From Alphaproteobacteria bacterium (GTDB lineage Bacteria; Pseudomonadota; Alphaproteobacteria; CALKHQ01): 64,000 bases of DNA. Shown one piece after another: positions 29,020 to 39,693 of the stretch. The notes beneath the pieces are model-generated. The model had not been told where the DNA came from. It saw nothing but the letters and a program-made list of their open reading frames with translations, and searched no databases. The translations under genes were made by a program, and so were the position numbers. Location of the stretch: the NCBI GenBank assembly GCA_965227515.1, contig CBDDFZ010000002.1, positions 1,216,001 through 1,280,000 of the forward strand. Reading direction: 5' to 3'. Position 1 is the first letter of the stretch. Each line of letters opens with the position of its first letter.

Positions 29020-29196
29020 ATCGTCGCCCTCGCACTTGTTGCGAGGGCCCATTTGCGGGGCGGACTGGGCGACGCCAACCAAAGCTGGCAGGGCTGGCCC
29101 ATCAGGTTTGGCGGCCGCCCCGCGAGATGGCGCTTCACCTCAAATCTTTGGCGTACCGGACAAAAATGGGTCCTCGCCACAAGGGCGAGGACGACA
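29020..29196. repeat. CGTC-type REP doublet, copy 2
   Basis: atcgtcgccctcgcacttgttgcgagggcccattt ... aaatgggtcctcgccacaagggcgaggacgaca. Confidence 0.8.
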
Positions 29197-29280
29197 GTTT
29201 GTTCTATTGCAGGCATCAAGCGCGCCCTGCGACTTATGTGGAAACCATAAGGGGGCAGAGGGCCGGGTCGGGCCAGGCGG

Positions 29281-31320
29281 TCAGGCGGCGCCGCGCCGCC
29301 GGCCGCGCTCGCCGCGCGCACCTGCGCCGCCGGTCCCGGCCTGTTCCTCGAACAGCTCGGCAAGCTGGTCCATCATGGTGCCGCCGAGTTGCTCGGCATC
29401 GACGATGGTGACCGCGCGCTCGTAGTAGCGGGTGACGTCGTGGCCGATGCCGATCGCCATCAGCTCCACGGTCGAATACTTCTCGATCCAGTCGATCACG
29501 CCGCGCAGATGGCGCTCCAGGTAGTTGCCGGCGTTGACCGAAAGGGTGCTGTCGTCCACCGGCGCGCCGTCGGAGATCACCATCAGGATGCGCCGCTGCT
29601 CGGGCCGGCCGAGCAGGCGGTTGTGCGCCCACAACAGCGCCTCGCCGTCGATGTTTTCCTTCAGCAGGCCCTCGCGCAGCATCAGGCCCAGGCTCTTGCG
29701 GGCCCGGCGCCATGGCGCATCGGCCGACTTGTAGATGATGTGGCGCAGGTCGTTCAGCCGGCCGGGGTGCTGCGGCTTGCCGCCGGCAATCCACTTCTCG
29801 CGGCTCTGGCCGCCCTTCCAGGCGCGGGTGGTGAAGCCAAGGATCTCCACCTTCACCGCGCAGCGCTCCAGGGTGCGGGCCAGGATGTCGGCGCTCATCG
29901 CCGCCACCGAGATCGGGCGGCCGCGCATCGAGCCGGAATTGTCGATCAACAGCGTGACCACCGTGTCGCGGAAGGTGGCTTCCTTTTCCAGCTTGAACGA
30001 CAGCGGGTTCATGGGGTTGGCGACGACGCGCGCCAGCCGCGCGCAATCCAGCAACCCTTCCTCCAGGTCGAAGTCCCAGCCGCGCTGTTGCTGCGCCATC
30101 AGGCGCCGTTGCAGGCGGTTGGCCAGCCGCGAGATCACGCCTTGCAGATGGTGAAGCTGCTGGTCGAGCTGCAGGCGCAGCCTGGTCAGCTCGTCGGTGT
30201 CGCACAGTTCAGACGCGTCGATCGTCTGGTCGAACTCGGTGGTGAACGCGTGATAGGGCGGCTCGCCGGGCACGTTGCGGAAGTCGGGCTCGCGGCGCGA
30301 GGGGTCGCCGATCTGCTCCATGTCGTCCTGGCCGTCGCCGGGCTCCATCTCGGCGTCCATCTCCTGGGCCGCCTCGCCCTCGCTCTCGTTGTCGGCGTCC
30401 GTGGTGTCTTCTTCCTCGGTGGCGCCCATCGCGGTCGGGTTCTCCGAGTCGTCGGACTGCTCCTCGCTGTGGTCGTCCGGCTGCTCGGTATCGGTGTCGT
30501 CGTCGCTGTCCTCGGTCTGGTCGTCGCGCAGGTCTTCCTCGCCCAGGTCGAGCCCCTGAATGAGCTGCCGGGCGATGCGCGCGAACACGTCCTGGTCGTC
30601 GATGTTGCGGACCAGATTGCCGATCTCGGCGCCGACCTTGGCCTCGATGTCCGGGCGCCACAGGTCGACCATGGCGCGCGCCGCCTCGGGCGGCACCTGG
30701 CCGGTCATTGCCTCGCGGGCCAGCAGGCCGATCACATCGGCCAGCGGGGCGTTGTCGCGGTTGGAGATGCGGGCATAGCCGCGGGTGCGGCACTGCTCGG
30801 TCAGCGCGGCTTGCAGGTTGTCGCGCACGCCCTGCATCCGCCGGGCGCCGATCGCCTCGCAACGGGCCTGCTCCAGCGCATCGTAAACGCCTCGGGCGAG
30901 CGCGTTGGCGGGCATCGACTTGGCATGCAGCTTGGCGTTGTGGTGCCGCTTCTTCAGCGCAATGGCATCGCTGTAGCCGCGCACCTGGGCGACCTGATCC
31001 GCCGGCAGGTCGCGCGACGGCATCGGCAGGTGCACTTCGTTGCCGACGATTTTCGGGCCATCGGCGGTCAGCGCGACCTCCAGCTCGGGGTCGTGGGACA
31101 TCGCCCGGACGACGGCGCCGGTGACGCGGCGGAAGTTCTCGACCACCGCCTCGCGCTCGCGGCGCGCCGAGGCGCCACGCAACTTATCGGACGCTTCCCT
31201 GGCGATGCGGTCGGCGGTGGATTCGGCGCGCGCGACGCCCGGGTCGCTGGGCTTGTCGCCGGACGACGGACCGGAGCGCACGTGCTTCTCCGCCACCTTG
31301 CTCAAGGTGGTCGTGGACAC
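29281..31320 (-). CDS. cobT: Cobaltochelatase subunit CobT (start uncertain)
   Basis: Acidic linker, v[32 protein letters not shown]; follows cobS. Confidence 0.93.
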   Translation of the reverse strand: MSTTTLSKVAEKHVRSGPSSGDKPSDPGVARAESTADRIAREASDKLRGASARREREAVVENFRRVTGAVVRAMSHDPELEVALTADGPKIVGNEVHLPMPSRDLPADQVAQVRGYSDAIALKKRHHNAKLHAKSMPANALARGVYDALEQARCEAIGARRMQGVRDNLQAALTEQCRTRGYARISNRDNAPLADVIGLLAREAMTGQVPPEAARAMVDLWRPDIEAKVGAEIGNLVRNIDDQDVFARIARQLIQGLDLGEEDLRDDQTEDSDDDTDTEQPDDHSEEQSDDSENPTAMGATEEEDTTDADNESEGEAAQEMDAEMEPGDGQDDMEQIGDPSRREPDFRNVPGEPPYHAFTTEFDQTIDASELCDTDELTRLRLQLDQQLHHLQGVISRLANRLQRRLMAQQQRGWDFDLEEGLLDCARLARVVANPMNPLSFKLEKEATFRDTVVTLLIDNSGSMRGRPISVAAMSADILARTLERCAVKVEILGFTTRAWKGGQSREKWIAGGKPQHPGRLNDLRHIIYKSADAPWRRARKSLGLMLREGLLKENIDGEALLWAHNRLLGRPEQRRILMVISDGAPVDDSTLSVNAGNYLERHLRGVIDWIEKYSTVELMAIGIGHDVTRYYERAVTIVDAEQLGGTMMDQLAELFEEQAGTGGAGARGERGRRRGAA

Positions 31321-31400
31321 GCGGCCGGCGCCGGTGCGATGCAGGGTCGCGGACCGGCCCGGTTTGCGTCCGTCTTTTGGCGGCGCGCCGGACAAGGGCT

Positions 31401-32399
31401 TTAGCTCCGCAAGGCGGTGGCCTGGGCAGGCAACTCCGTCCCGAAGCAGCGCTGGTAGTATTCCGCCACCGTGGCGCGCTCGGTCTCGTCGCACTTGTTC
31501 AGGAACGTCATCCGGAACGCCAGGCCGATGTCGCCGAAGATCTCGGTATTCTCGGCCCAGGTGATGACGGTGCGCGGCGACATGACGGTCGAGATGTCGC
31601 CGGCCACGAAGCCGGCGCGGGTCAGGTCGGCGACCGCGACCATGGCCGAAATGGTCTTGCGGCCGTCCTCGGTGTCGTATTTCGGCACCTTCGACAGCAC
31701 GATCTCGACCTCGGTGTCGTGCGGCAGGTAGTTCAGCGTGACCACCAGGCTCCAGCGGTCCATCTGGCCCTGGTTGATCTGCTGGGTGCCGTGATAGAGG
31801 CCCGTGGTGTCGCCCAGACCGACGGTGTTGGCGGTGGCGAACAGGCGGAACGACGGGTTGGCCTGCAGCACGCGGTTCTGGTCCAGCAGGGTGAACCGGC
31901 CGCTCGCCTCCAGCACCCGCTGGATCACGAACATCACGTCAGGCCGGCCGGCGTCGTACTCGTCGAACACCAGCGCGCAGGGGTTCTGCAGCGCCCACGG
32001 CAGCACGCCCTCGCGGAACTCGGTCACCTGCAGGCCGTCGCGCAGCACGATCGCATCCTTGCCGACCAGGTCGATACGGCTGATGTGGCTGTCCAGGTTG
32101 ATGCGGATGCACGGCCAATTCAGGCGCGCCGCCACCTGCTCGATATGGGTCGATTTGCCGGTGCCGTGATAGCCCTGGATCATCACCCGGCGGTTGTGGG
32201 CGAAGCCGGCCAGGATGGCGAGCGTGGTGTCGTGATCGAAGCAATAGGCTTCGTCCACCGGCGGCACGTGCTCGGTCGGCGTGCTGTAGCCCATGACTTC
32301 CATATCGACGTCGATGCCGAATGTCTGGCGGACGTCGATCTTGATGTCGGGTGCGCCCTCGGGCATGGCGGGGGCGTCGTCGACGGTATCCAATGGCAT
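31401..32399 (-). CDS. cobS: Cobaltochelatase subunit CobS (AAA+)
   Basis: [33 protein letters not shown]. Confidence 0.95.
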   Translation of the reverse strand: MPLDTVDDAPAMPEGAPDIKIDVRQTFGIDVDMEVMGYSTPTEHVPPVDEAYCFDHDTTLAILAGFAHNRRVMIQGYHGTGKSTHIEQVAARLNWPCIRINLDSHISRIDLVGKDAIVLRDGLQVTEFREGVLPWALQNPCALVFDEYDAGRPDVMFVIQRVLEASGRFTLLDQNRVLQANPSFRLFATANTVGLGDTTGLYHGTQQINQGQMDRWSLVVTLNYLPHDTEVEIVLSKVPKYDTEDGRKTISAMVAVADLTRAGFVAGDISTVMSPRTVITWAENTEIFGDIGLAFRMTFLNKCDETERATVAEYYQRCFGTELPAQATALRS

Positions 32400-32454
32400 G
32401 GTTCTTCAATTCCGCAATTTCGGTGGGTCGAGTGCCCTCGACCGGGTTGTCATA

Positions 32455-33087
32455 TCAAGACGTGAGCGCCGATACCAAGGTCTTTAACGTGGCATAGGCC
32501 TGATTGACCGCCTTCAGCCGATCTTCCGCTGCCTTGTCCCCGCCATTGGCATCCGGATGGTGACGTTTTACCAGCCGCTTGTACTGCGCCTTAAGCTCGT
32601 CCGCCGTAACCGGTGGGGTGACCTCCATGACCGCCAGCGCCTGTTCGGCTTCGGCGCCGATCTGCCGCCAGCGGGCCCGTTCAATATCCTCCGCGGTGCG
32701 GAAGCGGCGCTGCGCACCGCCCGGCATGTCGTCCTCGGCGAACGTCGCATAGAACTTGTTGAACGCTTGGCGCGCCGCGTTGTCGTTCTTCTGGCCGTCC
32801 TGACTCATGCGGCCGTCGCCCAGCGGCCATGTCGGGCGCTGCCACGTCGTGTCCTGCCTGATATGGCGCTCGATGGCGGCCTGGTCCATGCCTTCGTAGT
32901 AGTTCCAGGCCGCGTTGTAGGCGCGCACATGATCCAGGCAGAACCAGAAATAGTCGCGGAGCTGGTCGCGCGACTTCGGTGCCGGATGCACGCCGTGGTC
33001 GGCACAGCCGGGCATGTCGCAGCCGCGTGGCGGCGGCTGGTCCTCATCGTCGATCCAGAGCGACTGAACTTTGCTGGTTCTGGCCAT
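32455..33087 (-). CDS. J-domain (DnaJ) protein
   Basis: FCLDHVRAYNAAWNYY N-domain, HHPDANGGD J-domain; conserved position next to cobS. Confidence 0.88.
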   Translation of the reverse strand: MARTSKVQSLWIDDEDQPPPRGCDMPGCADHGVHPAPKSRDQLRDYFWFCLDHVRAYNAAWNYYEGMDQAAIERHIRQDTTWQRPTWPLGDGRMSQDGQKNDNAARQAFNKFYATFAEDDMPGGAQRRFRTAEDIERARWRQIGAEAEQALAVMEVTPPVTADELKAQYKRLVKRHHPDANGGDKAAEDRLKAVNQAYATLKTLVSALTS

Positions 33088-33343
33088 TTGTTGCCGAGTA
33101 TGGGGTCGAGGCTGTGGCGTGGCAACCCGGCAGGCCGGCGGCGTATCGCCCGGGCGAGGCGCCTCGCAATGGCTGTCGGCCACCGCGGCCGCCACATCCC
33201 ATGCCTAGCAGGATTGTGTCAACGACGGGTTGTCACATCCCTTCGCGTCATTCCGGCGCAGATGATGGGGCACTATTGTGGACAGGTGCCGGACGCCATA
33301 TCCGGGCACATCCGTTCTCGCCATCGCAGGAGCAGCAGACCCT

Positions 33344-33604
33344 ATGTCCCGCATCGACCGCATTCGCCAGACCCTCGAAGACACATTTCAACCGGAGTCG
33401 CTGCAGGTCGACGACGATTCGCACCTGCATGCCGGCCACGCCGGTGCCAGGCCGGGCGGTGAGACGCACTACCGCGTCGCGATGGTGGCGTCGGCCTTCG
33501 AGGGCATGAGCCGTGTCGACCGGCAGCGCGCCGTGAACAAGGCGCTCGCCGCGGAATTCGCGGATGGCCTGCACGCCCTGCAGCTCAACCTCCGCACTCC
33601 GTGA
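33344..33604 (+). CDS. bolA: BolA family protein
   Basis: DDSHLHAGHAG, GETHY, FEGMSRVDRQR, GLHAL. Confidence 0.92.
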   Translation: MSRIDRIRQTLEDTFQPESLQVDDDSHLHAGHAGARPGGETHYRVAMVASAFEGMSRVDRQRAVNKALAAEFADGLHALQLNLRTP

Positions 33605-33961
33605 TACGACTAATGCGAGAAATACAGAATCATTTTGTAACAAAATGGCAGAATTAATTGTTCTAGGGTTGATCTTGAGGACATTGGTATGTCAGAAATT
33701 ACACTCTTTCGCTCATGGAGTGCAATTTTGGTGCATGCATAGGTATATGTAGCTCGGGGGGGGTTACAATTAATGCTTGGCGATAGAGGCGGCGACTGAA
33801 ACGTCGGTGTTGTCAAGCTGGGGGCTGATTGGTTACAATCGTATACATGATTTTTGAACCAACGACCCAGTAGGTATCGCGAACGGCTGGCGATTCCGAG
33901 CGTACTCGCCGACCGAATGGTCGGTCAAAACACCCTCCTGTCACCAAAATGGGCCCTTTGA

Positions 33962-34243
33962 GTGAAGACGGATCAAAGGGGGAAAGACGTGGCATTCGAT
34001 TGGGATGATCTGACCTTGGGCTCTACCTTGGTCAGCCGAAATATTACAATTCTAGGTCGGCGTACTAGCATTCGATTAGAGCCATCTATGTGGGATGCTC
34101 TGCGCGAGATCTGCAAACTGGAGGGCGCTTCAATGCACATTATTTGCGAGGAAGTGGAGGCCCGCCGCGGCGAGTTGGGCCGAACGGCTGCCATTCGCGT
34201 TTTCATCGTCAGCTATTTTCGCGCGCTGGTACGCGGCGACTGA
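33962..34243 (+). CDS. Ribbon-helix-helix (RHH_4) domain protein; start may be GTG 33989
   Basis: SRNITILGRRTSIRLEPSMWDALREI..TAAIRVF. Confidence 0.8.
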   Translation: MKTDQRGKDVAFDWDDLTLGSTLVSRNITILGRRTSIRLEPSMWDALREICKLEGASMHIICEEVEARRGELGRTAAIRVFIVSYFRALVRGD

Positions 34244-34283
34244 CGACGCTCCGACGCGTTTCGACAGAAGCGTGGGTAGATAT

Positions 34284-35168
34284 TCAACCGCCGATTGTCG
34301 GAAACGGTCGTCGCAGGTCCATCACGATTTTCTCGTAGTCCGGGCAATTGTCGGCATCCAGGTGCCCGTGCCGGACCAGGAAATCGATGACAACCAGGTT
34401 GCAGTTCCACTTGAAGTCGTCGGTCTGGAGCACGCGCGCCGCGAGTGCCGGGACCGGCCACAGCTCGAACCCCGCCACTTCGCCATCGGTGTTGCGGGGC
34501 ACGAAATCGGCCGGCAGGTCCAGGTCGTAGAGCAGCAGCGTGTCCGCCCTCATGTGACCTTCGGCGTTGGTGCCGCAATAGCTGACATGGCCGACCGGCT
34601 GCGCACGACGCGCCAGGTGCGGCGGTACGTCGGCCTCCTCGCCGGCTTCCTTGATCAGGTTATCGGTAACCGTGGCGTCGGCCGGCTGCCCGCCAGCGAC
34701 GAAATTGTCCAGCTCGCCCGGCGCGACCAGCCGGTCGTCGGCGCGGCGGCCGACCCAGACCCATGGTCCGTCAGGTTTCCGCACATAGCCGTTCACGTGA
34801 ACGCCCCAGGAGCGAATGCCCAGCAACGCCGCCGCGGCGCGGTCGACGGACGCCAACGGGGGCGCGGAAATGCTTGTCGCGATGCGGTAGTGCTCGCCGT
34901 ACAAGGCCTTGATGCGCCCATCCTTGGCCATCGGGTGCAACAGCGCGGCAAGTGCAGCGGTGCGCGCGGCAGGGGTTTCCAAGCCGGGGTGCAGGCGGAG
35001 CGGGCCCTCGGCATCGGCTGGCGCCGGCGCGAACGCGGGGTTGTCATCGGGCAATGCGTCGGCGAAGGCGCGCGGCATCCATCCGACGTGCTCGCCTGCA
35101 ATCGTCCAGGGCCGGTACGCGCTCAGCTCGGCACGGTTACAAAGCTCAATCCAGCGCAGGTAGGACAT
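34284..35168 (-). CDS. NUDIX hydrolase with DUF4743-like N-terminus
   Basis: GVHVNGY, DNFVAGG, KEAGEEA Nudix box, DGEV. Confidence 0.85.
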   Translation of the reverse strand: MSYLRWIELCNRAELSAYRPWTIAGEHVGWMPRAFADALPDDNPAFAPAPADAEGPLRLHPGLETPAARTAALAALLHPMAKDGRIKALYGEHYRIATSISAPPLASVDRAAAALLGIRSWGVHVNGYVRKPDGPWVWVGRRADDRLVAPGELDNFVAGGQPADATVTDNLIKEAGEEADVPPHLARRAQPVGHVSYCGTNAEGHMRADTLLLYDLDLPADFVPRNTDGEVAGFELWPVPALAARVLQTDDFKWNCNLVVIDFLVRHGHLDADNCPDYEKIVMDLRRPFPTIGG

Positions 35169-36492
35169 TGGATCCGCCGCCTGTGGCACCTTCCGAGAGC
35201 CGGGCCGGCGCCGGTCCGCCGGTGGCCCAGTCGAGCAACTCCACAGTGTGGACGATCGGCGGGCCGTCCGGATCGCTCAACTGCGCGATGCATCCGATGT
35301 TGCCTGTCGCCACCAGCGGCGCGCCGGTGCGTTCGATGTTCGCCCGCTTGCGATCGCGCAGGCGCCCGGCGATCTCTGGTTGCATGATGTTGTAGGTGCC
35401 CGCCGAGCCGCAACACAGATGGCCCTCGCCGATCTCGCGCACCTGGAAGCCCGCCTCCGCCAGCAGGGCGCGCGGCTGGCTCAGGATGCGCTGGCCATGC
35501 TGCATCGAGCAGGCGGAGTGGTAGGCGACCGCGGTCGCGTGGTCCGCCGACTTGGCGGGCTGCAGGCCGATCTCGGCCATGAACTCGGTGACGTCCTTGG
35601 CGAGCGCACTGACCTCTGCCGCCGCTCCGGCCAGATCCGGGTCGGTGCGGAACATGAAGCCGTAGTCCTTCACCGTCGTCCCGCAGCCGGATGCGTTGAT
35701 GATCACGGCGTCCAGCCCGTCGCCGTCGCGCTCCGCAATCCAAGCGCGGATATTGCGCGCGGCCTGGCGGTGGGCGAGGTCGGACTTGCCCATGTGATGC
35801 ACCAGCGCGCCGCAGCAGCCAGCCTTGTTCGCCACCACGACATCGACGCCATGGCGTGTCAGCAGGCGGACGGTAGCCTCGTTGATCTCCGGCGCCAGCA
35901 CTTGCTGGGCGCAGCCGGTCATCAGCGCGACCCGTGCCCGCCTCGGGCCCTGGGCACGAAATATTTGGGGCCGATCCACCGGGGACGGGGCGGGCAGGCG
36001 CGGCGGCGCCAGCCGCAGCATGGCCCCCATGCGGGCGCCGAACCACCTGCCCACCACACCCGCAAGCGGGCGGGCCAGCGTGGCACCGGCGAGGGCCAGG
36101 CGGAACAGCCCGGGGCGCGGCAGCACGACCGCCAGCAGGCGCCTGAGCGCGCGGTCGTGCCAGGGGCGGCGATACGTCCGCTCGATGTGGTGGCGGGCGT
36201 GGTCGACCAGATGCATGTAGTGCACGCCCGACGGACAGGTGGTCATGCACGCCAGGCACGACAGGCAGCGGTCGACATGGCGGGCGACCTGCGCGTTGGC
36301 CGGACGATCGGCCTCCAGCATCTCCTTGATCAGGTAGATGCGGCCGCGCGGACTATCCAGTTCGTCGCCCAACAGCACGTAGGTCGGGCACGTCGCGGTA
36401 CAGAAGCCGCAGTGCACGCAACTGCGCAGGATGCCATTGGCCTCGGCGATGTCAGGGTCGGCGAGCTGTGCGAGACTGAATTTGGTTTGCAT
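35146..36492 (-). CDS. glcF: Glycolate oxidase iron-sulfur subunit
   Basis: CVHCGFCTATCPTY, DSPRGRI, CLSCLACMTTCPSGV, CCG motifs. Confidence 0.93.
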   Translation of the reverse strand: MQTKFSLAQLADPDIAEANGILRSCVHCGFCTATCPTYVLLGDELDSPRGRIYLIKEMLEADRPANAQVARHVDRCLSCLACMTTCPSGVHYMHLVDHARHHIERTYRRPWHDRALRRLLAVVLPRPGLFRLALAGATLARPLAGVVGRWFGARMGAMLRLAPPRLPAPSPVDRPQIFRAQGPRRARVALMTGCAQQVLAPEINEATVRLLTRHGVDVVVANKAGCCGALVHHMGKSDLAHRQAARNIRAWIAERDGDGLDAVIINASGCGTTVKDYGFMFRTDPDLAGAAAEVSALAKDVTEFMAEIGLQPAKSADHATAVAYHSACSMQHGQRILSQPRALLAEAGFQVREIGEGHLCCGSAGTYNIMQPEIAGRLRDRKRANIERTGAPLVATGNIGCIAQLSDPDGPPIVHTVELLDWATGGPAPARLSEGATGGGSNVLPALD

Positions 36493-37131
36493 GGATGGGC
36501 GGCCGTCTTGCTCAAGCCTCGTTCGGGTCGGGGCGTTGCGCCCAGCCTCGCATCACATTTTTCGGCGACCTGTCCACAGGCACTTGACTCCCTTTGGCCA
36601 CAGGCGCAGCCTTCGATTGATGGATGCGCTGCGGACGGCCACGAGTTGAGCCTCCAGGCTCCACTCCCTGGACGTTTCTAGCACGGGCCACGTGCCCTGC
36701 GCACCATCGCGGAGCCCTACGGCGGGCGCGTCGTTTTCGAGCGACGTTGTGCCCCAGAACATGGAGGGTGTGTAAAAGCATGGAGCCGCCGAAGATACAC
36801 CTGCGGCCCCGCTTGGTCGGGGCCACGGCTTAGGTCCAACAGACGTATCGCGCGAACGTCGGTTGCCAGGCCGCCGACAACACGAAAAATGCGACAACGA
36901 ACGCCGCAGTGGGTTTGTCCCTGGGCGTTCGTCAGAGAATGCCCGACGATCCCGTTGGGCATCGGCCAAAGAGCCATTGAAACCCCGCTCGGCCACAGCG
37001 CCGGCGGGGTTTCTGATTCCGGTTCATCCAAATTTGGCGCGGGTGTGAGGTGGCTAACACGGCCGGCGGCTATCTGGCCCCAAATCCCAGTCATCGCAAC
37101 GGCCAATAAGGCCAATCACTGGGAGCCTACC

Positions 37132-37332
37132 ATGAACAAGATCGCCGCCATCGCCGCCGCCCTGACCTTCACCGCTGCCGCCACCGGCTCGGCGTTTGCC
37201 GACACCGCGACCGACCTGGTCGAGGAGCTGTCGGCCCCGACGACCGAGAGCGCGTCGAAGAACTACATCTGCGAGTACGTCATCGTGTACGACGCCTGGG
37301 GCAACTACTACTACGAGACCGTCTGCTACTAA
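37132..37332 (+). CDS. Small secreted Tyr-rich protein (66 aa)
   Basis: GGGAG RBS, signal peptide ending SAFA, strongly optimal codons, own terminator. Confidence 0.75.
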   Translation: MNKIAAIAAALTFTAAATGSAFADTATDLVEELSAPTTESASKNYICEYVIVYDAWGNYYYETVCY

Positions 37333-37361
37333 GCCGGTCTGCATTATCGGAAGGTGCTGAG

Positions 37362-37385
37362 GGCCCGGCCAACGCCGGGCCTTTT
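37362..37385 (+). terminator. Rho-independent terminator
   Basis: ggcccggc-caac-gccgggcc followed by TTTT. Confidence 0.7.
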
Positions 37386-37410
37386 GCCATGCATGCCGGT
37401 GTGCGCCGGC

Positions 37411-37440
37411 AAAGAAAAAGCGGGCCCGAAGGCCCGCTTC
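37411..37440 (-). terminator. Rho-independent terminator of the ABC operon
   Basis: gcgggcc-loop-ggcccgc with T-run on the minus strand. Confidence 0.7.
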
Positions 37441-37463
37441 CTCATTCAACAACGATGGCGCGC

Positions 37464-38462
37464 TCAGCCGCCGACGCAAGTGTCGACGTTGTCGGCATCG
37501 CAAATGTCCAGACCCGTGTAGAGCGGATCGGAAGGCATCACCCCGTCCATCATCTGGCGCAGGACGTACATCGAGCGGTAGCCCATCTCCCACGGGCGCT
37601 GGCCGACCAGGCCGTGGGTGTCGCCGGCACGCAGGAAGTCGAGCTGCACCGGCAGGGTATCGGCGATGACCACCGTCAGTTCGCCGGCATCCATCCGCTC
37701 ACGCGCGGTGGAGATGACCTGGGCGAAGGCGTTCGGCGCGAAGTGCGGGAAGCCGCCCGTCGCCACGAAGATGTCCAGGTCCGGGTAGGTCGCGAACACA
37801 TCGGCCATCTGCTGCACCGACAGCGGGAAGTCGTCGTTGGTGTACAGCGGGGAGACCTCGACCTCGGTGAAGCCGTTCTCGCCTTCCAGGCGCGGGCCCG
37901 GGTTCGGCTCGCCCGAAACCTCACCGCGCAGGGTGTCGCGGATACCGGCCATACGCTCGTTGTGGTTGGCCGCCGCCGCACCACCCGACTGGATGACGAT
38001 GGTGCCGCCGTCCGGGTTCATGGCCTTGATCTGCTCGGCCAGGCCGACGCCGATCATGTAGTTGTGGGTGCCCACATAGGCGGCGCGCATGCCGGCGTCT
38101 TCCGGCAGCAGGTCGCTGTCCCAGGTGATGACCGGGATGCCGGCGTCTGCCGCACCCTGCAGCACCCGCGCCATGGCCGGCGCGTTCGACGAGGCGACCG
38201 CGATGCCATCCACGCCCTGGCTGATCAGATCCTGCACGATCTGGAGCTGGTCGGCTTCAGTGTGCTCGGCCGGGCCGATGTAGTAGCACTCGACGTCCGC
38301 CAGCGCTTCGGCGGCCACGAAGCAGCCGTCGCGGGCCTGGTCGAAGAACGGGTTGTTCATCGCCTTTGGCACCAGTGCGAACGTGTAGGTGTCTTGCGCG
38401 CTTGCCGCGAACGGCACGGCCAGGACGGCCGCAGCCGCCGTGGCAAAGAATAGGTTCTTCAT
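37464..38462 (-). CDS. Sugar ABC transporter substrate-binding protein (RbsB-like)
   Basis: Signal peptide, NNPFF, GIPVITWDSD, GQRPWEMG. Confidence 0.92.
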   Translation of the reverse strand: MKNLFFATAAAAVLAVPFAASAQDTYTFALVPKAMNNPFFDQARDGCFVAAEALADVECYYIGPAEHTEADQLQIVQDLISQGVDGIAVASSNAPAMARVLQGAADAGIPVITWDSDLLPEDAGMRAAYVGTHNYMIGVGLAEQIKAMNPDGGTIVIQSGGAAAANHNERMAGIRDTLRGEVSGEPNPGPRLEGENGFTEVEVSPLYTNDDFPLSVQQMADVFATYPDLDIFVATGGFPHFAPNAFAQVISTARERMDAGELTVVIADTLPVQLDFLRAGDTHGLVGQRPWEMGYRSMYVLRQMMDGVMPSDPLYTGLDICDADNVDTCVGG

Positions 38463-38552
38463 GCGTCTTCTCCTCCCCAGGTCTTCATTGGGATCTCAGT
38501 TTTTTGGTCGATGTACGCGGACGACCGTTCGCGCATCGACCGTACAATAGCA

Positions 38553-39653
38553 CTATTTCGGTCGTCGCAGCAGATGGCCGGCGACGTTGCGCAGGTTCGC
38601 GGATGAATCGCGCAGTCGTTCCAGCAGGACCGCCAGGATGATGAAAAGGCCGACGAACCCGAGGTGGAAGTTCGGGTCGATCTTCAGCAGCACCAGCGAG
38701 TTGCGCAGGATCTCCAGCAGCCCGGCGCCGATGAACGCGCCGAACGCGCTGGCGGAGCCGCCCATCAGGTTGGCGCCGCCGATCACGCCGGCCGCAATCA
38801 CTTCCAGCTCGTAGTTCAGGCCGATCGAGTTGTTCAGCGAGCCGGACCAGCCCATCAGCAGGATGCCCGACAGCCCGGCCAGCGAGGAGCACAGCACGTA
38901 GGCGGAGACCTTGATGAACGCCACCGGCACACCGGTCATGCGTGCGGCCTGTTCGTTGCCGCCGACGGCGTAGAGGTGGCGCCCCCAGCGCGTCAGATAG
39001 AGGAAATAGGACAGCAGGAAGGTCAGCACCAGCAACACCAGGAACGGCACCGGGAACGAGGCCAGACCCTCGCCAACCAGCGGCGGCCGGCCCTCGAATT
39101 CCTCGCCCATGATGTACGGCGACGCGATGCCGCCGGTTCCGAGCCAGAACAGGTCGTTTTCGTCAGGGCCGAACTGGTAGATGAGCTGGTTGTTGGTTGC
39201 CGCCATCGCAATGGTGCGACAGATGCTGAGCGTGCCTAGGGTGACAACGAACGGTGGCAGGCGCACGAAGGCGACCAGGCTGCCGTTGAACAGGCCCACC
39301 GCCATCGAGAAGCCAATGCCGACCAGGAACGACACTTCGATGCCGTAACCGCCCTGCATCATCAGGCCAGTGCCCACCGCACCGACGGCCATCACCGAGC
39401 CGACCGACAGATCGATGCCGCCGGTGATGATGACGCAGATCTGGCCAAGCGCGATGATGCCGATGAACGACATGTTCATCAGGCTGTTGCGGATGTTGCG
39501 CCAGCTATCGAAGGCTTCGGTGTCGGTTGCCAGGTAGGCGGCCATGATCGCCACCGCCATCGTCACCCAGAATTCCTGGCTGATCAGGACCTTGCCGGCC
39601 AGCGACTGGCCGCGGTGCCCGGTGACTTCGTCTACGCCGAATGTGCTGCTCAT
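38553..39653 (-). CDS. Sugar ABC transporter permease
   Basis: GGIDLSVG, PPFVVTLG, YAVGGNEQAARMTG. Confidence 0.92.
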   Translation of the reverse strand: MSSTFGVDEVTGHRGQSLAGKVLISQEFWVTMAVAIMAAYLATDTEAFDSWRNIRNSLMNMSFIGIIALGQICVIITGGIDLSVGSVMAVGAVGTGLMMQGGYGIEVSFLVGIGFSMAVGLFNGSLVAFVRLPPFVVTLGTLSICRTIAMAATNNQLIYQFGPDENDLFWLGTGGIASPYIMGEEFEGRPPLVGEGLASFPVPFLVLLVLTFLLSYFLYLTRWGRHLYAVGGNEQAARMTGVPVAFIKVSAYVLCSSLAGLSGILLMGWSGSLNNSIGLNYELEVIAAGVIGGANLMGGSASAFGAFIGAGLLEILRNSLVLLKIDPNFHLGFVGLFIILAVLLERLRDSSANLRNVAGHLLRRPK

Positions 39654-39693
39654 GGTGCGGTGGTTTCTTTCGCTCTTATTTTCGCGCTGGGCG

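Noticed and set aside
30300-30545. Low-complexity GTC/CTC-rich tract
   Set aside because: Encodes the normal acidic linker of CobT.
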